DNA of 64,000 bases from an uncultured Bacteroidota bacterium (GTDB lineage Bacteria; Bacteroidota; Ignavibacteria; UBA10030; UBA6906). A program made the position numbers and the translations under genes. The DNA is taken from positions 384,001-448,000 of the forward strand of contig CAVOYH010000003.1 in assembly GCA_963700635.1 (NCBI GenBank). Direction: 5' to 3'. Positions 28,782-38,609 of the stretch are shown here, piece by piece. Position 1 is the stretch's first letter. Every line of letters begins with the position of its first letter. The notes under the pieces were generated by a model, which saw only the letters and a list, made by a program, of their open reading frames with translations, did no database searches and was not told the origin of the DNA.

Positions 28782-30908
28782 TCATTTGATGATCAAAAAC
28801 TTCCCTGTTTGCACATTTCCTGTATCCGTGTCTTTCACACTGAACAGGTATAATCCCGTAGCAATGGCCTGGTCGAACTTCGTAATCAGGTCCCAGGCAT
28901 GCTCCCCGCCGGAAAACTGGATGGGCACGTCACTACCGCCGAATTGGCGGAACCACTGAATATCCCTGCCCGTATAGGTTGCGGCATCATGCGATAATTC
29001 AGCCACGATATCGCCGGCCAGCGTATAGACGCGGATGGTGCAACGCTGCGGGAGATTTGTAAAATAGATCTTGCGGGTCCGTTCTCCTGAAGCATCCCAC
29101 GCTGCTTGCGCGTAGTACGGGTTCGGATACACGCCTACCTTCTGCGTACCGGAGTTGGGAGATGCACCGGAGACAATCCTCACAATCACCATCTTGCTCT
29201 CCAGTGAGCTTACACCCGCTGCGGAATCTCCCTGATCAAACGACGAAACACCATACACATACTGCCACCCGCTGAGGTGGCTCACGGTGACGTCCTTGGG
29301 CGGGAAGCGGTACCAGTAGGTCACGGTGTCACCGGCAAACTGTTTCGGTTGGTCCAGAAGGATCTTCCCGAAGCCGGTGTTGTATCCAATCTCGTTGTCG
29401 GCCCTGTCAAACTCGCCGACCCGGGGAAGTGTCAACAGCAGATTTGCCGGATCCGTGAAATCGGAACCGGCATTGGATCGGTAGATACGGTATCCCTCAA
29501 AATCCAGCTTCCGTGATATCGGATCGATGGAAGTTTCTGCGCTGGTCATGTCCCAGTAGAGGACCACGTTCTGGTTCTCCAGTTCGGCGCGAACGACGGG
29601 CGGTTTCGGGGGCTGTGGAAGCCGGTAATGATCCAGAATACCGTTGCCGTTCAGGTCTTCACCGGGATCAAGTCTGTTATTGCCGTTCAGGTCCTCACCG
29701 TCATACGCCTGCTGACACAACGCTGCATTCGAAACGAGCGTCTTGCGCTGATCACGCGTGTCAAGCCGGGCCGCCTGCGTTCCGGCCTTCCGCGCGCACA
29801 CGACGCCGAAGACGACCGACACTGAATCCCCGGGCTTGAGAGTGACAAATGGACCGGTGGAGAGTAATGTGGTCATGTTGTCAGCCTGGGTGCGCAGGGG
29901 ATCGATTTTGTTCTGCGGGAGAGACGTGACAAGCCGTTCATACCGGCTGCGCGCACCCAGAATATTCTCTGCATCGTCCTGTGGCGAAAAATACTCTGCA
30001 TCCCCGCTCGAGCTGCTGTACCGCCAGGCATTGTAGTACGTTCGCCCGCCAAGATGACCGAGGGAATCTATCCCCCGCGGAAATGGCACTGCTCCCAGGA
30101 GTTTGATGCCGACATACGAATCCGCCGCGGGGGGGGTGGGAATACCGTCAAAATCGAAGGTGTATCCCATGCGCAGGGAATCCAGATATCCGTTTGCGCC
30201 ATGGTTAAAGAATCCGGGTGTCCCCGGACGCACATTGTTGGTATTCCGCACAACGTTGTTGGTCCAGAGACCAACATACACGGAGTCGAGGGTATCGGCA
30301 CCGGCATTATAGATCGTGTAGTTCAGAATCACAAAAAAATCGGCAAACGGAAAATTCCAGGCATAACTTTCCTGATGCACCCGGATCCCGAGCGGGGTAG
30401 ATTGATCCGGAGCAGAACTGTCACGCACCACGAAATCGTGGTAATCCGCCAAAAAATCCTGATGGCTCACAGCATGCTGATCGAAGTACGGAGATTCCGA
30501 AAGGGTGGAACGCTGCACGACTGATGAGCCGGCCAGGGACAAATACTCGATACCTTTTCCGGTCGTGGTAGAAACCCGGTCGCTTGACCCCGTGGAAACA
30601 TGGATTTGTCCGGTACGGCGTGAGAGCGCTCCTACCCACAACGCGCCCTGATACATATGTTCTACGCGGGATCCCCGTGGATATTCACAGGATGGCTGGC
30701 TCGGCCAGTAGGCATTCCGTGTGCCGATTGTGCCGAAGTTGGTGACCGTGAGCCCCAGTGAGCCGGCCGTCGTGGCGTTTCTGTCCGTGTCCTCAGTCCG
30801 CTTTGCAAGCTCCTGAGAAGACGCCATGCTGCCCGCACTACTCATCAAGAGCAGCACCGAGAAAAGCACGGCTGGGACAGTAATAGGAAGAATGTGCGGA
30901 CAGCGCAT
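28782..30908 (-). CDS. secreted protein with DxNGN repeats, FN3-like domain and variant CTD
   Basis: Signal peptide; LTVTNFGTIG...CEYPRGS; EDLNGN x2; DFEGYRIYRS; VYPNPYY...FTNLP...IRVYTLAG...WDL...GLYLF...GKFLIIK. Confidence 0.8.
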   Translation of the reverse strand: MRCPHILPITVPAVLFSVLLLMSSAGSMASSQELAKRTEDTDRNATTAGSLGLTVTNFGTIGTRNAYWPSQPSCEYPRGSRVEHMYQGALWVGALSRRTGQIHVSTGSSDRVSTTTGKGIEYLSLAGSSVVQRSTLSESPYFDQHAVSHQDFLADYHDFVVRDSSAPDQSTPLGIRVHQESYAWNFPFADFFVILNYTIYNAGADTLDSVYVGLWTNNVVRNTNNVRPGTPGFFNHGANGYLDSLRMGYTFDFDGIPTPPAADSYVGIKLLGAVPFPRGIDSLGHLGGRTYYNAWRYSSSSGDAEYFSPQDDAENILGARSRYERLVTSLPQNKIDPLRTQADNMTTLLSTGPFVTLKPGDSVSVVFGVVCARKAGTQAARLDTRDQRKTLVSNAALCQQAYDGEDLNGNNRLDPGEDLNGNGILDHYRLPQPPKPPVVRAELENQNVVLYWDMTSAETSIDPISRKLDFEGYRIYRSNAGSDFTDPANLLLTLPRVGEFDRADNEIGYNTGFGKILLDQPKQFAGDTVTYWYRFPPKDVTVSHLSGWQYVYGVSSFDQGDSAAGVSSLESKMVIVRIVSGASPNSGTQKVGVYPNPYYAQAAWDASGERTRKIYFTNLPQRCTIRVYTLAGDIVAELSHDAATYTGRDIQWFRQFGGSDVPIQFSGGEHAWDLITKFDQAIATGLYLFSVKDTDTGNVQTGKFLIIK

Positions 30909-30967
30909 GAATTCGGGATCATTCAAGGGTGGAACGGGGGTGAAATCGCGTGAAGAGTATGTTAATC

Positions 30968-30996
30968 AATATATTTTTAATGCGACGGAAAGTCAA
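30968..30996 (-). promoter_or_regulatory. sigma70 promoter for the surface operon
   Basis: Minus strand TTGACT-17 bp-TATATT in AT-rich divergent gap. Confidence 0.65.
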
Positions 30997-31041
30997 GTTG
31001 CATTTGAGAGGGATTTTCTCCATTTTTTTACGTCTACGACG

Positions 31042-33237
31042 ATGACGTTCCTCAATCCCCTAGTGTTGTTTGGACTCGCAGCGGCTGCCATCCCGATTCT
31101 GCTCCACCTGCTGAATCTTCGCAAACTCAAGACAGTTCAATTCAGCACACTGCGGTTCCTTCATGAGATCCAGCGCACACGCATGCGAAGAATCCGGCTC
31201 CGGCAGTGGATTCTGCTGGTGGTGCGTACCCTGCTTATCCTCTTTCTTGTCCTTGCATTTTCCCGGCCCACGCTCAAAGGCTCGCTCGCCGGTCTGGGCT
31301 CATCTACCGCCCGGTCCACAATCATCATCCTTGTTGATGATTCCCCCAGCATGGGAATACGTAACACGGAAGGAATCATCTTTGACCAGGCCCGTACAAC
31401 GATCCTGCAGATTGCCGGACTCGCAAAACCCGGTGATGATCTTCACATTCTGCGTCTTTCCGGATCAGCAGCCGGTGATTCCTCGGGAACCTTCTGGTCT
31501 GCTGAAGGAGCGATAAAGACTGCGCACTCTATGTCCCTGTCCAATCGATCCTCCAGGTACGACCACCTTCTCCGGCGCGCACTGGATATTGCAGAAAAAT
31601 CTTCAACGGCCAATCGGGAAATCTATCTGCTGACGGATCTCCAGGGGACACAGTTTACAACGGCTCTGGAAAAGGCGGACTCGTCCGCACGGACCCAGCA
31701 GAACGTGCGCGTCTTTGTCGTGGCATATGATCAGATGAATCTGGCGAATGCAGCCGTGACTTCGTGTACAATTGAGAGCCGGATCCTTGCGCAAAACAGG
31801 CCCATGACGATTAACGCCACCGTGAGGAATTACGGTGACCAGCCGATGCAGAACAGCGTTGTAAGTCTTTATCTTGATGGGACCCGCGTTGCGCAGCAGA
31901 CTGTCGACCTTGCCTCCCGTGGCTCCGCGGCGGTAACGCTGACCGCAATTCCGCATCGGCGGGGAATTCTGGGAGGACGTATTCGTATCGAAGACGACAT
32001 TCTGGAAATCGACAACAGCAGGTACTTTGCAGCGGCGATCCCGGAAACGATCCACGTGCTGCTGGCTGGAGGAGTTCCAGAGGACACGCGGTACGCCTCG
32101 CTGGCCCTGACGCTCTCCGGCGACTCGTCCGTTGCGGGTCTCTTTCAGGTTACCCGGATCATTGACAATCAACTTGCGTACGCCGACCTCCAGCACTATG
32201 ATGCCTTTGTGTTTGCCGCATCCCGTTCGCTCCCTCCGGGATTCGCATCCCGGGTCGCTTCCGCTGTCCGGCAGGGCAAGGGATTGCTTTTCTTCCCCGG
32301 TCCGGCAATGAACGTGGTGGAGGTGAATACCGGTTTGCTTGCCGCCTTCGGCATACCACCGATCACGATGCCCGCGATCATTTCGGGCGACAAAGAACCT
32401 GCCGGTTTTACCAGATTTCAGAGTATTGACTATTCGCATCCGATCTTCGCAGGCATGTTTGAAAGCGACCAGATTGCGGGCAGGAGCAAACCATCCATCG
32501 AATCTCCCCGAATACGATATGCAACAACGTCTGGAAGCGGGGCGACCGGCCTGACTCTGGTCTCGCTCACTGACGGACGCCCGTTCCTGCGGGAATATCA
32601 ACAGGGAACGGGCCGGGTATTCGTGTGTGCGGTGGATGCAGGAACTGAATGGTCGGATTTTGCAGTAAGAGGGATTTTTGCTCCCCTGCTCCATCGTTCA
32701 ATCCTCTACCTTGCCACCCCCCGGCAGTTGCGTGAAGACGCACAGGTCGGCGATCGACTGACTTTTCAGATACTCCGGTCTTCGGATGATTTTGGGCGGG
32801 AGTATGTGCTTGTATCACCCGGCGGGACCGAGGAGCGGGTCACCCCGCAGAATGTACCTGGAACAGGAGCGCTGATGTTCGAATCAGCGCCGACCGAGGA
32901 ACCTGGACTCTACCGATTACGGTACGGGGGGAATGGCACGGGAGGAGACCAGACTCCCCTTCAAGCCATCGCGGTTCACCCTGACGTGCTGGAGTCCGAC
33001 CTGCGACCCGCTTCAGATGAAATTCTTGCAGAATTCTGGAAACGCCAGGGAATACCTGATCGTGCTCTTGTACGTCTGGACGCAGGGAGTTCCATCGTGC
33101 GCGCTGTGGAACAATCACGACACGGGGTCGAGCTCTGGCAACTCTTCCTGATTCTCGCGGTTGGATGTGCATTGCTTGAGATGATCATCGCCCGCGTGTC
33201 ACCGGCCACCATACCCGAGGAAACCCCGCATGCCTGA
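31042..33237 (+). CDS. BatA-domain/vWA membrane protein
   Basis: MTFLNPLVLFGLAAAAIPILLHLL...FSTLRFL; MIDAS DDSPSM and LLTD; C-terminal ELWQLFLILA TM. Confidence 0.88.
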   Translation: MTFLNPLVLFGLAAAAIPILLHLLNLRKLKTVQFSTLRFLHEIQRTRMRRIRLRQWILLVVRTLLILFLVLAFSRPTLKGSLAGLGSSTARSTIIILVDDSPSMGIRNTEGIIFDQARTTILQIAGLAKPGDDLHILRLSGSAAGDSSGTFWSAEGAIKTAHSMSLSNRSSRYDHLLRRALDIAEKSSTANREIYLLTDLQGTQFTTALEKADSSARTQQNVRVFVVAYDQMNLANAAVTSCTIESRILAQNRPMTINATVRNYGDQPMQNSVVSLYLDGTRVAQQTVDLASRGSAAVTLTAIPHRRGILGGRIRIEDDILEIDNSRYFAAAIPETIHVLLAGGVPEDTRYASLALTLSGDSSVAGLFQVTRIIDNQLAYADLQHYDAFVFAASRSLPPGFASRVASAVRQGKGLLFFPGPAMNVVEVNTGLLAAFGIPPITMPAIISGDKEPAGFTRFQSIDYSHPIFAGMFESDQIAGRSKPSIESPRIRYATTSGSGATGLTLVSLTDGRPFLREYQQGTGRVFVCAVDAGTEWSDFAVRGIFAPLLHRSILYLATPRQLREDAQVGDRLTFQILRSSDDFGREYVLVSPGGTEERVTPQNVPGTGALMFESAPTEEPGLYRLRYGGNGTGGDQTPLQAIAVHPDVLESDLRPASDEILAEFWKRQGIPDRALVRLDAGSSIVRAVEQSRHGVELWQLFLILAVGCALLEMIIARVSPATIPEETPHA

Positions 33238-34489
33238 GCTGAGAGCGACAACGGAGCGTGAACGCGCTATCATCGTGGGACTCGTGACGGGATCGGTGGG
33301 CCGTGCGCAAACCGAAGATTACATGGCAGAGCTTGCGTTGCTCACTGATTCAGCCGGCGCAGACGTCGTGCATCGGGTTATACAGGAGCGTCAGAACATT
33401 GACGCGGCCTTTTTTGTCGGAAAGGGGAAGGCGGAAGAAATTTCCCGGCTGGTCGAGGATGATCACATTGATCTTGTGATCTTCGACGACGACCTGTCAG
33501 CCGTGCAGAACCGGAATCTGGCACGCCTGATAAAATGCAAAATCGTTGACCGGAGCGCACTTATCCTCGATATTTTTGCATCCCGAGCAAAAACACGGGA
33601 AGCAAAGACGCAGGTTGAACTTGCGCAGCTCCAATACATGCTGCCGCGGCTCACGCGGCAGTGGACCCATCTTTCCAAGCAATACGGCGGCATAGGCACA
33701 AAAGGACCCGGCGAGACGCAGATTGAAACCGACCGCCGGGCCATTCGCACACGTATCACACGTTTGCGTTCAAAGCTCGGAGACATCGACCGCGAGCGGG
33801 CCGTCCAGCGGAAGGGACGGGAACAGTTTGTCCGGGTCGCTCTGGTCGGCTATACAAACGCCGGGAAATCGACACTGCTCAACTGGTTCTCCGATGCCGG
33901 CGTGCTCGTCGAGGATCGCCTCTTCGCAACGCTCGATTCCACCGTCCGTCAGGTCACACTCTCCCCCGTACACCGCATCCTGCTTTCGGATACTGTGGGA
34001 TTCATCCGGAAACTCCCCCATCATCTGGTCGCGTCTTTTAAGAGCACGCTGGATGAGGTCCGTGAGGCAGATATTCTCCTGCATGTTGTCGATATCAGCC
34101 ACCCGCTCTTCGAAGAACAGATGAACGTCGTCAACGAAATCCTCGAGGAGCTTGGCGCATCAGGCAAATCCACGGTGACCGTGTTTAATAAGATTGATCT
34201 GCTGGCACAGAGAACGATATTCCCGTATCTCACGGCGAACTACCCCGGTGCGGTTTTTGTCTCGGCGGCGCGCGGCATCCATATGTCCGGCCTGCGCGAA
34301 CGGCTGGTACAGATCCTGGACAGCAGGATTGAAGAACAAACTGTGACGTTCAATATCGCCGACTCTGCACGCATCGCACACATGCATGAAGTGGCAGAGG
34401 TTCTGGATACGCAGTATGACGGGGATACGGTAACCATGCGCATTCGTATCCTCAAAGTCAACGCGGAACGACTTGCACGAAAACAGTAG
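33230..34489 (+). CDS. hflX: GTPase HflX
   Basis: GPGETQIETDRR, GYTNAGKST, LFATLD, DTVGFI, NKID. Confidence 0.97.
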   Translation: MPELRATTERERAIIVGLVTGSVGRAQTEDYMAELALLTDSAGADVVHRVIQERQNIDAAFFVGKGKAEEISRLVEDDHIDLVIFDDDLSAVQNRNLARLIKCKIVDRSALILDIFASRAKTREAKTQVELAQLQYMLPRLTRQWTHLSKQYGGIGTKGPGETQIETDRRAIRTRITRLRSKLGDIDRERAVQRKGREQFVRVALVGYTNAGKSTLLNWFSDAGVLVEDRLFATLDSTVRQVTLSPVHRILLSDTVGFIRKLPHHLVASFKSTLDEVREADILLHVVDISHPLFEEQMNVVNEILEELGASGKSTVTVFNKIDLLAQRTIFPYLTANYPGAVFVSAARGIHMSGLRERLVQILDSRIEEQTVTFNIADSARIAHMHEVAEVLDTQYDGDTVTMRIRILKVNAERLARKQ

Positions 34490-34542
34490 CGTCACCCTGT
34501 TCACCCATTGTCATTACTATCACGAGACCAGAGAAGATCATT

Positions 34543-35313
34543 ATGCTCAACGTAGCTGTTGAAGCTGCCCGCGAAGCAGGCCGGTTTCTGAAACTCAATG
34601 TCGGCAAAGTTCGATCGGTTGAAGTGAAGCAGGGGGAGGAACGGAACCTTGTTTCAGAGATCGATCGGGGCGCCGAAGCAAAGATTATCAGCATCATTCA
34701 GAGGCACTATCCCCAGCACGCCATCCTCGCAGAAGAGAGTGGAGGAAGTCTTGCGCCCGCCGATGTCCGGTGGATTATTGATCCACTGGACGGTACGACA
34801 AATTTTCTGCACGGTGTTCCGATTTTCTGCGTGAGCATCGGGATCGAACGGAAGGGCGAACTTGTTGCGGGGGTGGTCTATGACCCCAACCTGGATGAAC
34901 TCTTTACGGCGGAAAAAGGAGCAGGCGCGTTTCTGAATGGCAGGCGGCTGAAGGTCTCGTCGTCGTCGTCACTCGCCGACAGCCTTCTGGTGACCGGCTT
35001 TCCGTACAATATTACGGCGAACCCGGGTAATACGGTCGAACATTTTGTCCACTTCCTGATGGCGGCCCGGGGAGTACGCCGTCTCGGGTCAGCTGCGCTG
35101 GACCTTTCGTATGTCGCGGCCGGACGGTTTGACGGATTCTGGGAGGTAAGTCTGAACCCGTGGGATATGGCGGCGGGTGCTCTGTTCATCCAGGAAGCAG
35201 GCGGGAAAATCTCGGACATGCGGGGAAATCCGCTCTCCATCTACCAGAAAACGGTGCTGGCCAGTAATGGAACCATCCACGACGCCATGCTGGCGGTCGT
35301 GAACAAAACGTAA
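34543..35313 (+). CDS. suhB: inositol monophosphatase
   Basis: WIIDPLDGTTNF, RRLGSAALDL, PWDMAAG. Confidence 0.93.
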   Translation: MLNVAVEAAREAGRFLKLNVGKVRSVEVKQGEERNLVSEIDRGAEAKIISIIQRHYPQHAILAEESGGSLAPADVRWIIDPLDGTTNFLHGVPIFCVSIGIERKGELVAGVVYDPNLDELFTAEKGAGAFLNGRRLKVSSSSSLADSLLVTGFPYNITANPGNTVEHFVHFLMAARGVRRLGSAALDLSYVAAGRFDGFWEVSLNPWDMAAGALFIQEAGGKISDMRGNPLSIYQKTVLASNGTIHDAMLAVVNKT

Positions 35314-35390
35314 CCAGCCCCGTAGGGTAATCCTTCTGCCTGTTTCATCGTTCGTTTCTCGCTGCACAGAGAAGGTTCAAATCGAGCTCC

Positions 35391-36734
35391 CTAGTACACC
35401 ACGGGAGTCGTCCATGGCCGCTTCCCGTCGCTGTCCACAATAGTGCTGATGGTCGGTCGCAGGGGAACCGCTTCAGGGGCGTAGAAAATACAGGAACCCA
35501 GCAGTGAGGCGACACGTGCCACCGCATCTCCACGGTTGCCCATCACGCGGGCGATCGGTTCGCCCCGCCGGACTGTTTCACCGAGTTTTTTGAACACCAG
35601 GATACCCGCGACGGGGTCGATGACATCATCTGCTTTGAGCCGGCCCGCCCCGAGTTCAGCCGCCAGCACGCCGATACGCCGCGTCTTGAATCTGACGACA
35701 ATACCATCCTCCGGGCTGAGCACCTCTTCTGTGTACCCCGGCCGCGGGTACAGCGAAGGCTGTTCCAGGACATCGGTGGACCCTCCCTGGCGGGTCACAC
35801 TCTGGAGAAACTTTTCATACGCTTTGCCCGACCAGATTGCAGACCTGCACAGCGCCATCCCCTCGGCAAGGGTTGACGCCTTGCCGCCGAGCATTACCAT
35901 CGCACCTCCCAATACGAGCGTAACTTCCATAAGATCCGGCACCTGTTTCCCCCGCAGGCACTCCACGGACTCCACAACTTCGCACCAATTCCCGATTGCG
36001 GTACCGAGTGGTTGATCCATGCTTGTCAGGAAGGCTACGGTCTTTTTGCCGGCCATGGTGCCAATCCGGACCAGAGCGTTCGCCAGGGCCAGCGCATCCT
36101 CTTCATCCCGCATGAATGCCCCGTCGCCTGTCTTCACATCCAGCACAAGCGCGTCAATGCCTTCCGCCAGCTTTTTGCTCATGATACTTCCGGCGATGAG
36201 CGGGATGGACTCCACCGTTGCCGTAACGTCCCGCAGTGCGTACATCCTGCGATCGGCCGGCGCAATATCTTCTGTCTGTCCGATGAGAACGACGCCGACT
36301 TCGTCTATGACCCTCCGGTACTCGTCAACCGTAAGTGTGGTGCGGAACCCCGGAATCGTCTCCAGTTTGTCGAGTGTCCCCCCGGTGTGTCCGAGCCCGC
36401 GGCCGGAGATCATGGGCACCGGGACGCCACAGGCTGCGACCATTGGAGCCAGGATAAGTGAGACCTTGTCACCCACGCCTCCGGTCGAATGTTTGTCCAC
36501 CTTGACGCCCTGAATCGCGGAAAGATCCACCACCTCGCCTGAATGGAGCATCACATCGGTGAACGCTGATGTTTCACCATCGGTCATGCCGCTGAAATAG
36601 ACCGCCATAAGGAATGCGGCCATCTGATAATCGGGAAGGACGCCGCCGACATACGAGGAAATAAACTCCTCCATTTCGGAACGGGTAAGTTCGCCTCCAT
36701 TCCGTTTTTTACGTATCAGTTCAACGGGATTCAT
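35391..36734 (-). CDS. pdp: pyrimidine-nucleoside/thymidine phosphorylase
   Basis: DKHSTGGVGDK, SGRGLGHTGGTLDKLE, SIMSKKLAEG. Confidence 0.93.
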   Translation of the reverse strand: MNPVELIRKKRNGGELTRSEMEEFISSYVGGVLPDYQMAAFLMAVYFSGMTDGETSAFTDVMLHSGEVVDLSAIQGVKVDKHSTGGVGDKVSLILAPMVAACGVPVPMISGRGLGHTGGTLDKLETIPGFRTTLTVDEYRRVIDEVGVVLIGQTEDIAPADRRMYALRDVTATVESIPLIAGSIMSKKLAEGIDALVLDVKTGDGAFMRDEEDALALANALVRIGTMAGKKTVAFLTSMDQPLGTAIGNWCEVVESVECLRGKQVPDLMEVTLVLGGAMVMLGGKASTLAEGMALCRSAIWSGKAYEKFLQSVTRQGGSTDVLEQPSLYPRPGYTEEVLSPEDGIVVRFKTRRIGVLAAELGAGRLKADDVIDPVAGILVFKKLGETVRRGEPIARVMGNRGDAVARVASLLGSCIFYAPEAVPLRPTISTIVDSDGKRPWTTPVVY

Positions 36735-37426
36735 GAAGCATGCGCCCTGGTGGAATGCCCTGGGGCCGATTCTGCGCCAGCGGCCCGGACGATCGATGGA
36801 AGTTCGGTGATCCGGCCAATGATATAGTCGGGTTGATAGGCAACAAGTTCCTCATGCCGGAGCGAACCATAGGTGACCGCGCATGTGCTGACACCTGCGT
36901 GCCGTCCGGCAAGAATGTCCGCATCGGTGTCTCCTACCATGAGTGTATCGTTTTCACGCCAGTGGAGGTGTGAGAGGATTGCAAGAATCACATCGGGCGC
37001 GGGTTTAAACGGCATGCCGTCACTCCCCTGAAGCCGATCAAACAATGGCGTGATGCCAAAATGGTCCGTCGCCCGCTGGATACCTGCTCCCTTTTTTGTT
37101 GACGCAATCGCAAGGCGATGGCCGCGGGAATGCAGGAGGGTAAGCGTCTCGTGGACGCCCGGAAAGAGCACGGTCGTGCGCAGAGCGCGGGGGGTATAAT
37201 ACTCGCTGTACAGACGGATCGCCTCCGGGATACGGTGGTGGTCCGCCGGGGGAAGGACCCGTGAAAACGTCTCCTGCAACGGCTTCCCGATGAGCGGGTA
37301 CAAATCCTGTTCCTGATAATCGGAGAATCCCATTTGCCCGAGGGCCCAGAGCTGTGCGCCGGCGATATCCCGCCTGGAATCGGTCAACGTTCCGTCAAAA
37401 TCAAATATGATATTCTGATAGGGCAT
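36731..37426 (-). CDS. HAD-IA hydrolase (Gph-like)
   Basis: FDFDGTL, KPAPD, MVGDTDADI. Confidence 0.9.
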   Translation of the reverse strand: MPYQNIIFDFDGTLTDSRRDIAGAQLWALGQMGFSDYQEQDLYPLIGKPLQETFSRVLPPADHHRIPEAIRLYSEYYTPRALRTTVLFPGVHETLTLLHSRGHRLAIASTKKGAGIQRATDHFGITPLFDRLQGSDGMPFKPAPDVILAILSHLHWRENDTLMVGDTDADILAGRHAGVSTCAVTYGSLRHEELVAYQPDYIIGRITELPSIVRAAGAESAPGHSTRAHAS

Positions 37427-37448
37427 CGTATTGATTCTATTCCTGAGT

Positions 37449-37985
37449 TCAGGTGATTCTGTCACGGGCGAGCAGCAACCCGATGATCGTCTTGCCGTCT
37501 TTGATCACTCCATCATTCACCATCTGCAATGCCTCCGCAACCGGCAGCAGACGGAGCGTCATGGTAAATTCTCCCTCTTCGCGCTTGTGTCCGTCCGGAG
37601 AAAGCCGCAGCCCACGCGCAAGATAGATGTGGAGTTCTTCATTACAGAAACCCGGCGACGTGTAGAACGAACAGAGTTTTTCGAGCGAGCCCGCCACCCA
37701 ACCGGTTTCCTCCTCCAGTTCACGCCCCGCACAGAGGGAAGGATCCTCGCCGGGGAAAAGTTTTCCAGCGGGCAGCTCCAGAATATGGCGCTCCAGGGGG
37801 TAGCGAAGCTGGTCTACGAGTATCACTCTTCCGTCATCGAGTACCGGAACCACCGCCGCTCCGCCCGGGTGATGCGCCACTTCGCGGACAGTCCGGCGGC
37901 CGGAAGGATATTCGATCTGATCCACGTGGAGATCGATGATCTTTCCCCTGTAAAGGGTCTCACGGGAGAGTCTCTTGAGTTCCAT
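37449..37985 (-). CDS. NUDIX hydrolase (ADP-ribose pyrophosphatase-like)
   Basis: ELPAGK...RELEEETG Nudix box; YTSPGF; DGKT. Confidence 0.92.
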   Translation of the reverse strand: MELKRLSRETLYRGKIIDLHVDQIEYPSGRRTVREVAHHPGGAAVVPVLDDGRVILVDQLRYPLERHILELPAGKLFPGEDPSLCAGRELEEETGWVAGSLEKLCSFYTSPGFCNEELHIYLARGLRLSPDGHKREEGEFTMTLRLLPVAEALQMVNDGVIKDGKTIIGLLLARDRIT

Positions 37986-37993
37986 GTGATCTT

Positions 37994-38578
37994 CTATTGG
38001 TTCCCCCTGCTGCCGGGCTTCGTCACGACCAGACCACGCGCACAGAGTGAACACTGGTCGGGTTGATATGTTACTGCACGCATCGTCAGCACGGCTGTAT
38101 GGGGTCCCTTGAGACCCGGAAAGGCCACGGTGCCGCCGCTCCGGTCCACGATGCAGGACACGCCTGCAACAATTCCGGCGGCGTCCGTTACGAGTTTAAT
38201 CACTTCTCCGACTGACCCGCCGGTGGTAACCACATCTTCACAGACCAGCACCCGTTCACCCGGGACAATCTCAAAACCCCGTCGTAGCTGCATGACGCCT
38301 TCTTTTCGTTCTGCAAACATTGTGCGTACTCCAAGCTGGCGTCCCACCTCCTGCCCCACCACGATTCCACCAAGCGCGGGAGCTATGACCACATCGACGT
38401 TACGTGCCCGGGCATCATGCGCAAGCACGCTGCAGAGTTTTTCACAGTGCTCGGGGTGCTGCAGTACTCTGGCACACTGAAAGTACTGATTACTGTGCAA
38501 TCCAGAGGTTAGTTGAAAGTGCCCTTCGAGTAATGCCCCGGTCTGTTTGAAGATGGACAGCACTTCAGAAGATTCCAT
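37994..38578 (-). CDS. pyrE: orotate phosphoribosyltransferase
   Basis: GHFQLTSGLHS, VLVCEDVVTTGGS. Confidence 0.93.
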   Translation of the reverse strand: MESSEVLSIFKQTGALLEGHFQLTSGLHSNQYFQCARVLQHPEHCEKLCSVLAHDARARNVDVVIAPALGGIVVGQEVGRQLGVRTMFAERKEGVMQLRRGFEIVPGERVLVCEDVVTTGGSVGEVIKLVTDAAGIVAGVSCIVDRSGGTVAFPGLKGPHTAVLTMRAVTYQPDQCSLCARGLVVTKPGSRGNQ

Positions 38579-38609
38579 ACATTCCTGCCGAACCTGGTAA
38601 TGGAGAGAC

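Noticed and set aside
31603-32694. 363-aa minus-strand ORF
   Set aside because: Antisense shadow of the BatA/vWA gene
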